A DNA stretch of 64,000 nt from Heptranchias perlo (GCF_035084215.1 NW_027139217.1:62001-126000); one strand, 5' to 3'. Counted from the stretch's first letter, positions 1-13,500 are shown. Notes: generated by a model from the sequence alone, not told the origin. Translations and numbers: made by a program.

Positions 1-3000
1 GTCTCCTGGTCGGAACCTCCTGACTGCAGCCTCTCTTACACTGGGCTCTCTGCTCTTCCTGCACCCTCTCGAAATGAGCCCTCACTATGGGGGGAACCGC
101 CTCAATCCGCGCCCCATCTTCACTCTGTGCTCAATAATATTATTGGAGGACCGAGGCCCCTCCCTCCCCGCCCGAGGCCCCTCCCTCCCCGACCGAGGCC
201 CCTCCCTCCCCGACCGAGGCCCCTCCCTCCCGACCGAGGCCCCTCCCTCCCCGACCGAGGCCCCTCCCTCCCTGACCGAGGCCCCTCCCTCCCCGACCGA
301 GGCCCCTCCCTCCCCGACCGAGGCCCCTCCCTCCCTGACCGAGGCCCCTCCCTCCCCGACCGAGGCCCCTCCCTCCCCGACCGAGGCCCCTCCCTCCCTG
401 ACCGAGGCCCCTCCCTCCCCGACCGAGGCCCCTCCCTCCCCGACCGAGGCCCCTCCCTCCCCGACCGAGGCCCCTCCCTCCCCGACCGAGGCCCCTCCCT
501 CCCTGACCGAGGCCCCTCCCTCCCCGACCGAGGCCCCTCCCTCCCCGACCGAGGCCCCTCCCTCCCCGACCGAGGCCCCTCCCTCCCCGACCGACCGAGG
601 CCCCTCCCTCCCCGACCGAGGCCCCTCCCTCCCCGACCGAGGCCCCTCCCTCCCTGACTGAGGCCCCTCCCTCCCTGACCGAGGCCCCTCCCTCCCCGAC
701 CGAGGCCCCTCCCTCCCCGACCGAGGCCCCTCCCTCCCCGACCGAGGCCCCTCCCTCCCTGACCGACCGAGGCCCCTCCCTCCCCGACCGAGGCCCCTCC
801 CTCCCCGACCGAGGCCCCTCCCTCCCCGCCCGAGGCCCCTCCCTCCTCGACCGAGGCCCCTCCCTCCCCGACCGAGGCCCCTCCCTCCCTGACCGACCGA
901 GGCCCCTCCCCGACCGACCGAGGCCCCTCCCTCCCCGACCGAGGCCCCTCCCTCCCCGACCGAGGCCCCTCCCTCCCCGACCGACCGAGGCCCCTCCCTC
1001 CCCGACCGAGGCCCCTCCCTCCCTCCCCGACCGAGGCCCCTCCCTCCCTCCCCGACCGAGGCCCCTCCCTCCCCGACCGAGGCCCCTCCCTCCCCGACCG
1101 AGGCCCCTCCCTCCCCGACCGAGGCCCCTCCCTCCCCGACCGACCGAGGCCCCTCCCTCCCCGACCGAGGCCCCTCCCTCCCTGACCGAGGCCCCTCCCT
1201 CCCCGACCGAGGCCCCTCCCTCCCCGCCCGAGGCCCCTCCCTCCCCGACCGAGGCCCCTCCCTCCCCGACCGACCGAGGCCCCTCCCTCCCCGACCGAGG
1301 CCCCTCCCTCCCCGACCGAGGCCCCTCCCTCCCCGACCGACCGAGGCCCCTCCCTCCCCGACCGAGGCCCCTCCCTCCCTCCCCGACCGAGGCCCCTCCC
1401 TCCCTCCCCGACCGAGGCCCCTCCCTCCCCGACCGAGGCCCCTCCCTCCCCGACCGAGGCCCCTCCCTCCCCGCCCGAGGCCCCTCCCTCCCCGACCGAG
1501 GCCCCTCCCTCCCTGACCGAGGCCCCTCCCTCCCCGACCGAGGCCCCTCCCTCCCCGACCGAGGCCCCTCCCTCCCCGCCCGAGGCCCCTCCCTCCCTGA
1601 CCGAGGCCCCTCCCTCCCCGACCGACCGAGGCCCCTCCCTCCCCGACCGAGGCCCCTCCCTCCCCGACCGAGGCCCCTCCCTCCCCGACCGACCGAGGCC
1701 CCGCCCTCCCCGACCGAGGCCCCTCCCTCCCCGACCGACCGAGGCCCCGCCCTCCCCGACCGAGGCCCCTCCCTCCCCGACCGAGGCCCCTCCCTCCCGA
1801 CCGAGGCCCCTCCCTCCCCGACCGAGGCCCCTCCCTCCCCGACCGAGGCCCCTCCCTCCCCGACCGACCGAGGCCCCGCCCTCCCCGACCGAGGCCCCTC
1901 CCTCCCCGACCGATCGAGGCCCCGCCCTCCCCGACCGAGGCCCCTCCCTCCCCGACCGAGGCCCCTCCCTCCCCGACCGAGGCCCCTCCCTCCCCGACCG
2001 AGGCCCCTCCCTCCCCGACCGAGGCCCCTCCCTCCCGACCGAGGCCCCTCCCTCCCCGCCCGAGGCCCCTCCCTCCCCGACCGAGGCCCCTCCCTCCCCG
2101 ACCGAGGCCCCGCCCTCCCCGACCGAGGCCCCTCCCTCCCCGACCGACCGAGGCCCCTCCCTCCCGACCGAGGCCCCTCCCTCCCGACCGAGGCCCCTCC
2201 CTCCCCGACCGACCGAGGCCCCTCCCTCCCGACCGAGGCCCCTCCCTCCCGACCGACCGAGGCCCCTCCCTCCCCGACCGACCGCGGCCCCTCCCTCCCC
2301 GACCGAGGCCCCTCCCTCCCCGACCGACCGAAGCCCCTCCCTCCCCGACCGAGGCCCCTCCCTCCCCGACCGAGGCCATTCCCTCCCCGACCGAGGCCCC
2401 TCCCTCCCCTCCCAGACCGAGGCCCCTCCCTCCCTCCCTCCCAGACCGAGGCCCCTCCCTCCCCGACCGAGGCCCCTCCCTCATCGACCGAGGCCCCTCC
2501 CTCCCCGACCGAGGCCCCTCCCTCCCCGACCGAGGCTCCTCCCTCCCCGACCGAGGCCCCTCCCTCCCGACCGAGGCCCCTCCCTCCCCGACCGAGGCCC
2601 CTCCCTCCCCGACCGAGGCCCCTCCCTCCCCGACCGAGGCCCCTCCCTCCCCGACCGAGGCCCCTCCCTCCCCGACCGAGGCCCCTCCCTCCCTGACCGA
2701 GGCCCCTCCCTCCCTCCCTCCCCGACCGAGGCCCCTCCCTCCCTGACCGAGGCCCCTCCCTCCCCGACCGAGGCCCCTCCCCGACTGCAGGCCTGAGACG
2801 GGGCAGTGAAGGATCCCGATTTGACCCATCTTTATGCCGGGCCTTTTTGAACATACTCGCGGGTCCCACTGACCCTCTCCACACGGCCCTCGGTTTGAGG
2901 GTTGATCCACGGAGGGCCTCAGACTTTTAATATGGAGGAGGGGACAGAGGCCCTTCATCAGTGTGGACACAGAGGGAGTCCCTGGTCCTTTGGGATCCCT

Positions 3001-3935
3001 ACCCCGGGGAACGCTCTCACTGACCCGCCCGCTATGGTTTTAGGGGCCGTGATCCTCGGTGGAATCGCCTCAGGATCGGGCCTGGAACAGGCAACAACTC
3101 CCAACATATATTGGTGACCTCGCGCTGACCCCTCCAGCGGGCCCACTGGTCCATCCCGATCCTTTCGAAAGGCCCCTCAATTCCGGGGAGAGGGATTAAT
3201 GGAGCGTGATAGTGAGGCCTGGGCCCACACAGCTGACACTGTGGACAGGAGGGACAGAACCCCCGGATCACTTCATCCACCCCTGGCCACAAGACCCACC
3301 TCAACAGCCCCTCCCGAGTTTGCTCTGTCCCCAGGTGAGCTCTGAATAGTTGCTTGTGGCCAAGTCAAGGACTATCTGCCTCTGTGTCCGTGGCACCAGC
3401 AACTGGTCAACTTGCTGCTGCTGCCCCGCACTCTCCCTGTATAGAAGGTCATTCTTTACCGGATAATAAGGCCCCGCACCTTTTGTTTTACCCTCAGTGG
3501 GGTGCCCACTTCTCACTACTCCCTCTTGTTTTATGATTTGGAGGACTGCATCATTTATCTGCTCCTGTTGGAAGTCTGAAAGATCCACATTGAGTCCCTC
3601 GAAATTGAGCCCGTGCTCTCCTGGGAGGCAGCCCGGAGGATCTTCCCTCTGTCCCAGGCCCTGGCTCCATCACTGGGGGTGGAGAAGCAGAGGGAATAGG
3701 GTCTGGTCCCCTCCTAAAGCTCTGGGCTCCTCCTCCCTCCGGCCTCTTGCTTTATCCTCCCTCCGCTCCCTGGTTGATTTTATTATCGGCTGGAAATTCG
3801 ATCCCGTTCTTCGGACTCGGGGGTCGCCCAGGGTTACACAGCCTGGGGAACGTCGGAGATCTGACCAAAGCTCGTCAGCGAGTTGTCGCTCCACCAGGGC
3901 GATCATCACTTGGGCATTGGCCGGGTCTCCCCGGG
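1..3935 (-). mobile_element. Inverted copy of the protease-end/integrase part of the Gmr1-like Gypsy element, decayed
   Basis: Integrase zinc-finger and core motifs (QLLVPRTQRQIVLDLA; WPGVDEVIRGFCPSCPQCQ; PLIPLPGIEGPFERIGMD) on the minus strand; mirror of ~23905-26253. Confidence 0.85.
149..2785. repeat. ~21-bp GC-rich minisatellite (GACCGAGGCCCCTCCCTCCCC)n
   Basis: Directly visible tandem array of about 120 units; source of the spurious 900+ aa ORFs. Confidence 0.97.
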
Positions 3936-3955
3936 GGGGGGGGGGGGAAGCTGCA

Positions 3956-4316
3956 GCAGACAGACAGACAGAGAGACCAGACAGAGACAGACAGACTCAG
4001 ACAGACAGAGAGAGAGACCAGACAGACACAGACTCAGACAGCCAGACTCAGACAGACAGACAGAGACCAGACAGACACAGACTCAGACAGACAGACACAG
4101 ACTCAGACAGACAGACAGAGAGACCAGACAGACACAGACTCAGACAGACAGAGAGACCAGACAGAGAGAGACAGAGAGAGAGAGACCAGACAGAGAGACC
4201 AGACAGAGACAGACAGACTCAGACTCAGACAGACAGACAGACAGACAGAGAGAGACAGAGAGATAGAGACCAGACAGAGACAGAGACAGACAGCCAGACT
4301 CAGACAGCCAGCCAGC
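3956..4316. repeat. Complex (CAGA/GA)n microsatellite
   Basis: Visible low-complexity CAGA/GAGA tract; mirrored at 23635-23875. Confidence 0.95.
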
Positions 4317-5335
4317 CGCAACCCCAGCGCAGGATCCCCGCTCTCCAATCCAGCCGCTCCCGCTCCCGCTCCCGGTCTGGGCCGTGTCTGGGAGCCGTCT
4401 GCCGCTCTCTCTTTACTGAACGGGACGGATCGAGGTGCAGCTCAGACACAGGTCCCGGAATCCCACTCCGCCCACACTCACTGCCTTGTTTCGATCCAGT
4501 GAGTTGGGATTGAATCCAATGCCCATCTGCCCTCCGCTCTCTCAGTTCAGCACTTTATTGAAGCCGAGATTTGGAGCTCTGCTTTCCAGGGTTGCCGCTG
4601 TTTAAGGATTTCTCAGTCCCACCACTCCCAGTAAGAACACTGTTTGCTGCTAAACTCTTGTTTGATCCAAAGCCCCGCTCCTGTTCAATTGAACAAAGGT
4701 TGCCCCAGATTCCTGGGCTGAGAAACACTGACCATTTCTACAAACACTGAAGATGCTGAGCTTTCCGGACTCGAACGATTCTCACTCTGGCCTCACTCCT
4801 CAAAGCTCCTTGATTTGATTCGGGTGCAAATCTTTCATTATGTTGCAACTTGCTCCGGGGAGAGTTCCTTCTCCTCTGGAAAGCGGGCGGCAATCGGCTG
4901 TTCCTCTTCATTTAACACATCCCTGGGGTCAGAAAGACTCAGCATTTTTAACCCGACTCCTAAATACAGTCGGGAAAGTGTCTCACAAACAAAACACAAA
5001 CATTCTTACATTTTCCCCTCACTCGGTAACCAGGTCAGCGTTTCCTTCAGTCCGCAACACAAAGTTACAGGTTGATTCATGGGGATTCCAAAAATGGTTC
5101 ATCTTTTCATAGACTTTAATTAGTTTCATGTCATTCATTAAATAGGTTGACGACAGTTTTGTAAAGTTAATTCCCTGAGTGAGAATCGGACCGGGCGGTG
5201 AGTGCGCCCAATTCTAACACCAGGTCACCAAGGAGCGGGACAGACGATTCACCAAATCCCGTTACTTTGGTCACCTGCCCCTCTCGACTGGGAAAAAACT
5301 TCAGGAGAGAGGCTGGGAAAAGGAGTCCTGTCCCC

Positions 5336-6203
5336 TTAATGAATCTGGTATCAATTAATGAATCTGATCAATTAATGAATCTGGTATCAATTAATGAAAC
5401 TGATATCAATTAATGAATCTGATATCAATTAATGAATCTGGTATCAATTAATGAATCTGATATCAATTAATGAAACTGGTATCAATTAGTGAATCTGATA
5501 TCAATTAATGAATCTGGTATCAATTAATGAATCTGGTATCTATTAGTGAATCTGATATCAATTAATGAATCTGGTATCTATTAGTGAATCTGATATCAAT
5601 TAATGAATCTGGTATCAATTAATGAATCTGGTATCAATTAATGAAACTGGTATCAATTAGTGAATCTGATATCAATTAATGAATCTGGTATCTATTAGTG
5701 AATCTGATATCAATTAATGAATCTGGTATCTATTAGTGAATCTGATATCAATTAATGAATCTGGTATCAATTAATGAATCTGATATCAATTAATGAATCT
5801 GGTATCTATTAGTGAATCTGGTATCAATTAATGAATCTGGTATCAATTAATGAATCTGGTATCTATTAGTGAATCTGATATCAATTAATGAATCTGGTAT
5901 CAATTAATGAATCTGATATCAATTAATGAATCTGGTATCTATTAGTGAATCTGATATCAATTAATGAATCTGGTATCAATTAATGAATCTGGTATCTATT
6001 AGTGAATCTGGTATCAATTAATGAATCTGGTATTAATTAATGAATCTGATATCTATTAGTGAATCTGGTATCAATTAATGAATCTGATATCAATTAATGA
6101 ATCTGGTATCTATTAGTGAATCTGGTATCAATTAATGAATCTGGTATCTATTAGTGAATCTGGTATCAATTAATGAATCTGATATCAATTAATGAATCTG
6201 ATA
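5336..6203. repeat. 19-bp AT-rich satellite (TCAATTAATGAATCTGRTA)n
   Basis: Visible tandem array; reverse complement of the array at 18306-22615. Confidence 0.97.
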
Positions 6204-7608
6204 TACCGTGTCCTGGTATTGAAGTGTGGGAGACCTCCAAAAACAGTGAGAAATGTCTCGGCAGCCAGAAGCAATAATCCAGCCACGAACCTGTAAATCC
6301 TGCATGGTCCCTTTAAATAGAGCCGGTGGGGGGTCCTCCAGACACTCTGAGACTCGTTCAGATGGACACGGGGACATAGTCTAACATTTAGAGCCAGGAC
6401 GTGCAGGAGTGAAGTTAGGAAATGCTTCTACACACAAAGGGTGGGAGATGTTTGGAACGATCTTCTACAGACGGCAGTTGATGCTCGCTCACTTGTGAAT
6501 GTTAAATCTGAGATTGATCGATTTCTGTGAACCAAGGGTATTATGGGATATGGGGCTAAGGCGGGTATATGGAGTGAGGTCACAGGTCCACCATGATCTC
6601 AATGAATGGTGGAACAGGCTCGAGGGGCTAAATGCCACGGCCACTTGCTGCCTCTTGATATGCGCCACCTTCTCCTGCAAGAAAGCGGGACGTGTGTCTG
6701 GGTGATGTGCCTGTCATGGTTGAATAGCTGCCAGTATGTGTGGCCTGTGAGTTGTGGGTGGTCGGCTTGAAACAGTGGTAATGTGTAAGGGTGAGAGGAA
6801 GCATCTGATGGGAAGAGTTGAGTTCTGATGGAAAGAGTTTGTTGGTATGTGGGTGATGGGGGTGTCGTGTGTGGAGCAGTTGGTTGGAGACACCACCTGA
6901 CAGTTGACTTCACTCACCTTGACCACTCATGTCAAAGCATTGAACTTCTTCCTGCACTGCATCCATGTTCATGATGCTGTGCTCCTGGCATTGACTTCAT
7001 CCCCCGCTGCCTCCCACTGCCTTTTGAGTATATGTCTGGAGGGCCTCTTGCCCCTCCCCCACCCCTGCGGATATAGGATGTCCCTCCTTCTGTCCACCTC
7101 TTGCACCAAGGTCTCTCGTGCATCAGCAGAGAACCTTGGTGCACGCACTCTCACAGGCCTGGTACCAACTCAGATCGGCAGATTGGTGAGGTCTGGTGTG
7201 CAGATTGGAGGATGTGGGATTTAGTAGTGTGCAACCTTTATTCAAAGTTTTAACATAACTCATCATTGTGTAAACATAGGGATGGGACCTGCATCTGTGT
7301 TTTATGTGTACGATGTCCGTGCAGACTGTTGTTTTCAGCAAGTAACAGGTCCCAGCTACCTTTAAGAGATTTCTAAGAAACATCCTCCCTTTAAGAGCTG
7401 CACCTCCCCCTGGTGGTGGAAAGTGTGAATTACATTGACTCCAGGTGCGAGGCCTGGGATGGAACGCTGATTACAGGTCAGTCCTCGGGCCGGCCGAGAC
7501 TCACCTCCTGCCTGCCCAGGGTCCATCGGGCGAGGGGTGTGAACATCGCCCAGAACGGACCCTTCTCCAGTTTTTCCCCCGGTGACTTTAATGGTTAGTC
7601 TGTTAGGA
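6204..7608 (-). mobile_element. Harbinger/PIF-like DNA transposon remnant encoding a Myb/SANT-like protein fragment, with a + strand CR1 3' fragment at ~6370-6630
   Basis: ORF 6969..7154 (RAPRFSADARETLVQEVDRRRDILY...WEAAGDEVNARS) matches the Myb/SANT-like DNA-binding domain of Harbinger accessory ORFs; homologous copy at 37100-38380. Confidence 0.7.
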
Positions 7609-10190
7609 TCATAGAATCTTAGAATGGTTACAGCATGGAAGGCGGCCATTCGGCCCATCGAGGCCATGCCGGCTCTCTGCAAGAGCAATCCAACGAGACC
7701 CACTCCCCCGACCTCTCCCCGTAGCCCTGCAAATTTTTTCCCTTCAAGTACTTATCCAGTTCCCTTTTGAAGGCCATGATTGAATCTGCCTCCACCACCC
7801 CCTCGGGCAGTGCATTCCAGATCCTAACCACTCGCTGTGTAAAAAAGTTTCTCCCCATGTCGTCTTTGGTTCTTTTGCCAATTACCTTAAATCTCTGTCC
7901 TTTGATTCTCTCTGCCTTGTGCCAATGGGAACAGTTTCTCTCTATCTACTCTGCCTAAACCCTTCATGATTTTGAACACCTCTATCAAATCTCCCCTTAA
8001 CCTTCTCTGCTCTAAGGAGAACAATCCCAGCTTCTCCAGTCTATCCATGTAACTGAAGTCCCTCATCCCTGGAACCATTCTAGTAAATCTTTTCTGCACC
8101 TTCTCCAAGGCCTTCACATCCTTCCTAAAGTACGGTGCCCAGAATTGGACACAATTCTCCAGCTGTGGCCGAACCAGTCATAACTTCCTTGCTTTTGTTC
8201 TCTATCCTCTATTTATAAAGCCCAGGATCCCCTATGCTTTTTTAACCGCTTTCTCAATCTGACCTGCCACCTTCAGCGATTTGTGTACATGCACCCCCAG
8301 GTCTCTCTGCTCCTGCACCCCCTTTCGAATTGTTCCCTTTAGTTTATATTGCCTCTCCTCATTCTTCCTACCAAAATGTATCACTTCACATTTTTCTGTG
8401 TTAAATTTCATCTGCCACGTGTCCGCCCATTCCACCAGCCTGTCTGTATCCTCTTGAAGTCTATCACTATCCTCCTCACTGTTTACTACACTTCCAAGTT
8501 TTGTGTCATCTGCAAATTTTGAAATTGTGCCCTGTACACCCAAGTCCAAGTCATTAATAAATATCAAGAAAAGCAGTCCCGAGCCCTGGGGAACACCACT
8601 GTACACCTCCCTCCAGTCCGAAAAACAATCGTTCACCACTACTCTCTGTTTCCTGTCACTCAGTCAATTCCGTATCCGTGCTGCCACTGCCCCTTTTATT
8701 CCATGGGCTTCAACTTTACTGATAAGCCTATTATGTGGCACTTTATCAAACACCTTTTGAAAGTCCATATACACAACATCAACCGCATTGCCCTCATCGA
8801 CCCTCTCTGTTACCGCATCAAAAAACTCTATCACGTTAGTTAAACATGATTTGCCTTTAATAAATCCGTGCTGGCCTTTCCTTTATTAATCCACACTTGT
8901 TCAAGTGACTGTTAATTTTGTCCCGGATTATTGTTTCTAAAAGTTTCCCCACCACCGAGGTTAATCTGACTGGCCTGTCCTTTTTTGAACAAGGGTGTAA
9001 CATTTGCAATTCTCCAGTCCTCGGGCACCACCCCCGTATCTAAGGATGATTGGGAGATTATGGCCAGTACCTCCGCAATTTCCACCCTTACTTCCCTCAG
9101 CAACCTAGGATGGATCCCATCGGACCGGGTGACTTTTCTACTTTAAATACAGCCAGCCTTTCTAGCACCTCTTCTTTATCAATTTTTAGCCCATCAAGTA
9201 TCTTAACTATATCTTCCTTTACTGACATTGTGGCAGCATCTTCTTCCTTGGTAAAGACAGATGCAAAGTACTCATTTCGTACCTCGGCCATGCCCTCTGC
9301 CTCCATGCACAGGTCTCCTTTTTGGTCCCTAATTGGCCCCACCCCTCCTCTTACTACCCGTTTACTGTTTATCTGCCGATAGACGACTTTTGGATTCCCT
9401 TTTATGTTAGTTGCCATTCTATTCTCACTCTCTCTCTTTGCCCCTCTTATTTCCTTCTGAACTTTCTATATTCAGCCTGGTTCTCACTTGTGTTATCAAT
9501 CTGATATCTCTCATACGCCCCCTTTCTCTGTTTCATCTTACTCTTTATCTCTTCCGTCACCCAGGGAGCTCTGGCTTTAGTTGTCCCACCTTTCCCCCTC
9601 ATGGAAATGTACCTAGACTGTACCCGAACCATCTCCACTTTAAAGGCCGCCCATTGTTCGATTACAGTCCCACCGGCCGATCTTTGATTCCGATTTACCC
9701 GGGCCAGATCCATTCTCAACTCACTGAAATTGGCCCTCCTCCAATTGAGTATTTTTAATCTAGATTGTTCCTTGCCCTTTTCCATAACTAATCTAAACCT
9801 GATGATACTACGATCACTGTTCCATAAAACTGGTCCCAATGCCCCAGGAATCTAAAGCCCTCGCTCCTGCACCATCTCTCCAGCCACGCATTCATCTGCT
9901 CTATCCTCCTATTTCTATACTCACCAGCGCGTGGCACTGGGAGTAATCCAGAGATTACTACCTTTGAGGTCCTGTTTGTTAATCTCTTTCCTAGCTCCCT
10001 AAAATCTGCCTGCAGGACCTCACCCCTCTTTCCACCTGTGTCGTTGGTACCGATATGGACCATGACCTCTGGCTGTTCACCCTCCCCCCCAAGAATGTTC
10101 TGCAGCCGCTCAGTGACATCCTTGCCCCTGGCACCAGGGAGGTAACACACCATCCTGGACTCACGTCTGCAGCCACAGAAATGCCTGTGT
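7609..10190 (-). mobile_element. CR1 LINE, internally deleted (ORF1 esterase remnant fused to ORF2 RT), frameshifted
   Basis: SGNH-esterase motifs (LPGARGKDV, VMVHIGTND) at 9788..10153; RT motifs SGVPQGS and KFADDTK at 8232..8639; 3' end RNFFTQRVV and (TTCTA)-type tail at ~7610. Confidence 0.9.
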
Positions 10191-11306
10191 GATGGTCAAA
10201 AAGCATAAAAACGAAACAAATAGTTAAAAAGAGCGGGAAACTAGTTTAAACTAAATAAATTAATCAGTTTAAAAAAACTAAAAATAAACCAAGTCAATGA
10301 ATGATATAAAAACTTTGATTCATTCAATAAATAAAACGGGGTTGGATGGAGATGACAGTGCAGGTGGTGCTGTAACTGCAGCGTGTGGGAGTTTGTGGAG
10401 AGCAGTGAGATCCCAGGAAACCACATCTGCAGGAAGTGTCTGCAACTCGAGGAACGTCGGCTCCGAGTTGTTGAGCTGGAGTCCGAGGTGCAGACATGGT
10501 GATGTATCAGGGAGGGGGAGAGTTACCTGGACACTTTGATCCAGGAGGCAGTCACACCCCTTAGATTAGGCGGTGGTTTAGATTCGTTCAGTGGTCAGGG
10601 ACAGGAGGGTGTGACTGTGAGTCAGGCAGGTCTGGGGACCCAGGAGGCAGTGATGGAGGAGCCTCAGCCTTTGACCTTGTCCAACAGGTACGAGGTACTT
10701 GCTACCTGTGTGGATGAGAACAAAGACTGCAGGGAGGATGGGCAAACTGACCACAGCAGCATGGACAGGAGGCCATTCAAGTGGGTTAGTGTTGGGGGAT
10801 AGTATAGTCAGGGGGATAGATACTGTTCTCTGCAGGTGTGACCGGGAGTCCCGAAGGCCGTGTTACCTGCTCGGTGCCGGGGTTAAGGACATCTCCTCAC
10901 GGCTGGAGAAGAACTTGGAGAATGAGGGGAGGATCCAGATAAGATTCTGAGAGGGCTTGACAGGGTAGATGCTGAGAGGCTGTTTCCCCTGGCTGGAGAG
11001 TCTAGAACTAGGGGGCATAGTCTCAGGATAAGGGGTCGGATGTTTGGGACTGAGATGAGGAGGAATTTCTTCACTCAGAAGATTGTGAATCTTTGGAATT
11101 CTCTACCCCAGAGGGCTGTGGATGCTCAGTCATTGAGTATATTCGAGGCTGAGATCGATAGATTTTTGGACACTGAGGGAATCGAGGGATCTGGGGATCG
11201 GACAGGAAAGTGGAGTTGAGGTCGAAGATCAGCCATGATGCGATTGAATGGTGGAGCAGGATCGAGGGGCCCTGTGGCCTACTCCTGCTCCTATTTCTTA
11301 TGTTCT
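10190..11306 (+). mobile_element. CR1 LINE ORF1 remnant joined directly to a CR1 3' end
   Basis: ORF1 zinc-finger/coiled-coil remnant and esterase motif VLGDSIVRGID (10699..10950), then CR1 3' terminus ending in CCTATTTCTTATGTTCT at ~11300. Confidence 0.8.
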
Positions 11307-11384
11307 AAGGCCAGGGATGGAGTCTGGGCCCATCCTGGTCTCTGTGGGGCTCAGGACCACACCGGGTGAGATCAACTATCGCAG

Positions 11385-11962
11385 TGCAGGCCGGGGATGG
11401 AGTGTGGGGACGATCTGCTCTGTGTGGGATTCAGTATCACACCGGGTGTGATCAGGGTGATACAGCACAGGCCAGGGATGGAGTGTGGGGATGATCTGCT
11501 CTGTGTGGGGTTCAGTATCACACCGGGTGTGATCAGGGTAATACAGCACAGGCCGGGGATGGAGTGTGGGGATGATCTGCTCTGTGTGGGGTTCAGTATC
11601 ACACCGGGTGTGATCAGGGTGATACAGCACAGGCCGGGGATGGAGTGTGGGGATGATCTGCTCTGTGTGGGGTTCAGTATCACACCGGGTGCGATCAGGG
11701 TAATACAGCACAGGCCAGGGATGGAGTGTGGGGATGATCTGCTCTGTGTGGGGTTCAGTATCACACCGGGTGTGATCAGGGTAATACAGCACAGGCCGGG
11801 GATGGAGTGTGGGGATGATCTGCTCTGTGTGGGATTCAGTATCACACCGGGTGTGATCAGGGTGATACAGCACAGGCCGGGGATGGAGTGTGGGGATGAT
11901 CTGCTCTGTGTGGGGTTCAGTATCACACCGGGTGTGATCAGGGTAATACAGCACAGGCCGGG
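11385..11962. repeat. 81-bp minisatellite, ~7 copies, palindromic core ATCACACC-G-GGTGTGAT
   Basis: 27-aa periodicity in the ORF track; visible tandem units. Confidence 0.95.
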
Positions 11963-12441
11963 GCTGATGCAGAGAGACAGACCCACGTGTTGTGTTCTGT
12001 AACTTTTACAAACACTTCAGTGTATTTCACTCCGTCTCCAACACTGTGAGGTCTCCCCTGGTGTGTCAGCTCTCTGTGTTTAGAAAGAGGGTAATTTATT
12101 GAATGGTCTCTTGGATCACATGGTGTGACAGACGGGGGTCTGTGTGTAGGGGGTTTGAGGGGGGGTGAGCTCTGATTCCCGTCCCCTTCTAGATTGAAAG
12201 GAGGAAAGAATTAATGAGAGAGAGAGCAGTGATGTGGGAGAAGGGATGATGGGAGAATTTGTCCATGAACCTGATCAAAAGTGGCCCAAAGACTGGATAA
12301 TATTCCGATATCATCAGTAGATCATGGACAGAAGCTGAGCTCGGAGATCTGCTCAGGTCCCATTCCCCTGAAGTGAGGAATGAGCGGGAGGGGCAATAGA
12401 TTTACTTCCAAAAGGGTGACCCAAAGTCTGATTTGCTGTGG

Positions 12442-12500
12442 GGTGAAATAGCTGAGTTGAGGGGGTTGGAAGGTCCCTGGTTCAGTCCTGGGCTTCGGCA
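12442..12500 (+). pseudogene. tRNA-Phe-derived pseudogene lacking the anticodon arm
   Basis: GGTGAAATAGCTGAGTTG...AAGGTCCCTGGTTCAGTCCTGGGCTTCGGCA aligns with vertebrate tRNA-Phe (GCCGAAATAGCTCAGTTG...AAGGTCCCTGGTTCGATCCCGGGTTTCGGCA) with the centre deleted; followed by TTTTT. Confidence 0.7.
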
Positions 12501-12789
12501 GTTTTTGGGCTGTTTTGTGTCGGCTTCATTTTAAGGGCAGGGAATCAGAGTGGAGATTATTCGCTTCTGACCCCGTGTATCTCAGGTCACGGGTTCAATG
12601 TTCCCCAGTGATTAAAAAATATAAATGAAATGTTTAAAAGGAAAATCATGAACAAAATTTAAAAACAAAGTGAAATGAATCCTGAGTAAAATGGATTGTA
12701 ATGTTTGGAAGGTAAAACGAGCAGAAGATGTGGGTTATATTGCCGATCGGAGAGCGGATTCCATCACTCTCTCGGGCTTTTGTTGGTTG

Positions 12790-13100
12790 ATTTACGGATA
12801 AAATAAAAACCAAAGTAATAGTTTGGGAAAAAGCTAATTTTGAGGGGATGAGAATGGAGTGGGAAATATTTCAAACGGCGATCAATCGAGTTCAGGAGAA
12901 ATATATTCCCTAAAATACAAGAACAAACCGTGGATGAATAAAGAGATAAGGGTAAAATTGTAACTTGAGAAAAAAGCGCAGTCGAAGAACACAGACAATA
13001 AAGGAGAGGATGAGAAAAGGGAAAAGGAAAAGGTTTGGAAAGAAATCAAAAAAACAATTAGGAAATCAAAGAGGAACAATAAAATTAAATTCTCAAGGTG
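12790..13100 (+). mobile_element. Degenerate CR1 ORF2 fragment
   Basis: KPWMNKEIRVKL-type linker motif found between EN and RT of CR1 ORF2. Confidence 0.5.
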
Positions 13101-13267
13101 CATGTGTCCAGTTGGAAACCTGTCTGAAGGAACATCAGTCTGACAGAGCCAGAAATCCAGCAGATTGACCTTTGCTCTGAGCAGATGATGAGCCTCCTTC
13201 TTCAGAGTGTTTCGCCAATCCAGCTCAGAGGGGATTAAACATCATGGATTCAAATGGGAGATAGTTT

Positions 13268-13500
13268 CATAAGAACAAGAGAAATAGGAGCAGGAGTAGG
13301 CCATTCGGCCCCGCGAGCCTGCCCCACCATTCAATCAGATCATGGCTGATCTTCTACCTCAACTCCATTTTCCCGCCCGATCCCCATTTCCCTTGATTCC
13401 CCGAGTGCCCAAATATCTATCGATCTCAGTCTTGAATATACTCAACGACTGAGCATCCACAGCCCTCTGGAGTAGAGAATTCCAAAGATTCACAACCCTT
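13268..13500 (-). mobile_element. CR1 3' end fragment
   Basis: Reverse complement of the CR1 3' UTR seen at 11100-11300 (ATAAGAA...GGAGCAGGAGTAGGCC). Confidence 0.85.

Larger units (their letters stand above)
1..6203 (-). repeat. Left arm of a large inverted segmental duplication (partner ~18306-26253); runs off the left window edge
   Basis: Position 1 is the reverse complement of 26253. Mirrored ORFs are identical or nearly so (2902..3117 vs 24724..24939; 4815..5075 vs 22876..23136; 3032..3304 vs 24537..24809). Only scattered substitutions outside the tandem arrays. Confidence 0.95.

Noticed and set aside
74-2970. Long Gly/Arg/Pro-rich ORFs up to 961 aa (also 24871-26180, 35173-37201, 42333-43590, 55055-62140)
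   Set aside because: They are translations of stop-poor minisatellites, open in several frames on both strands, with no domain content.
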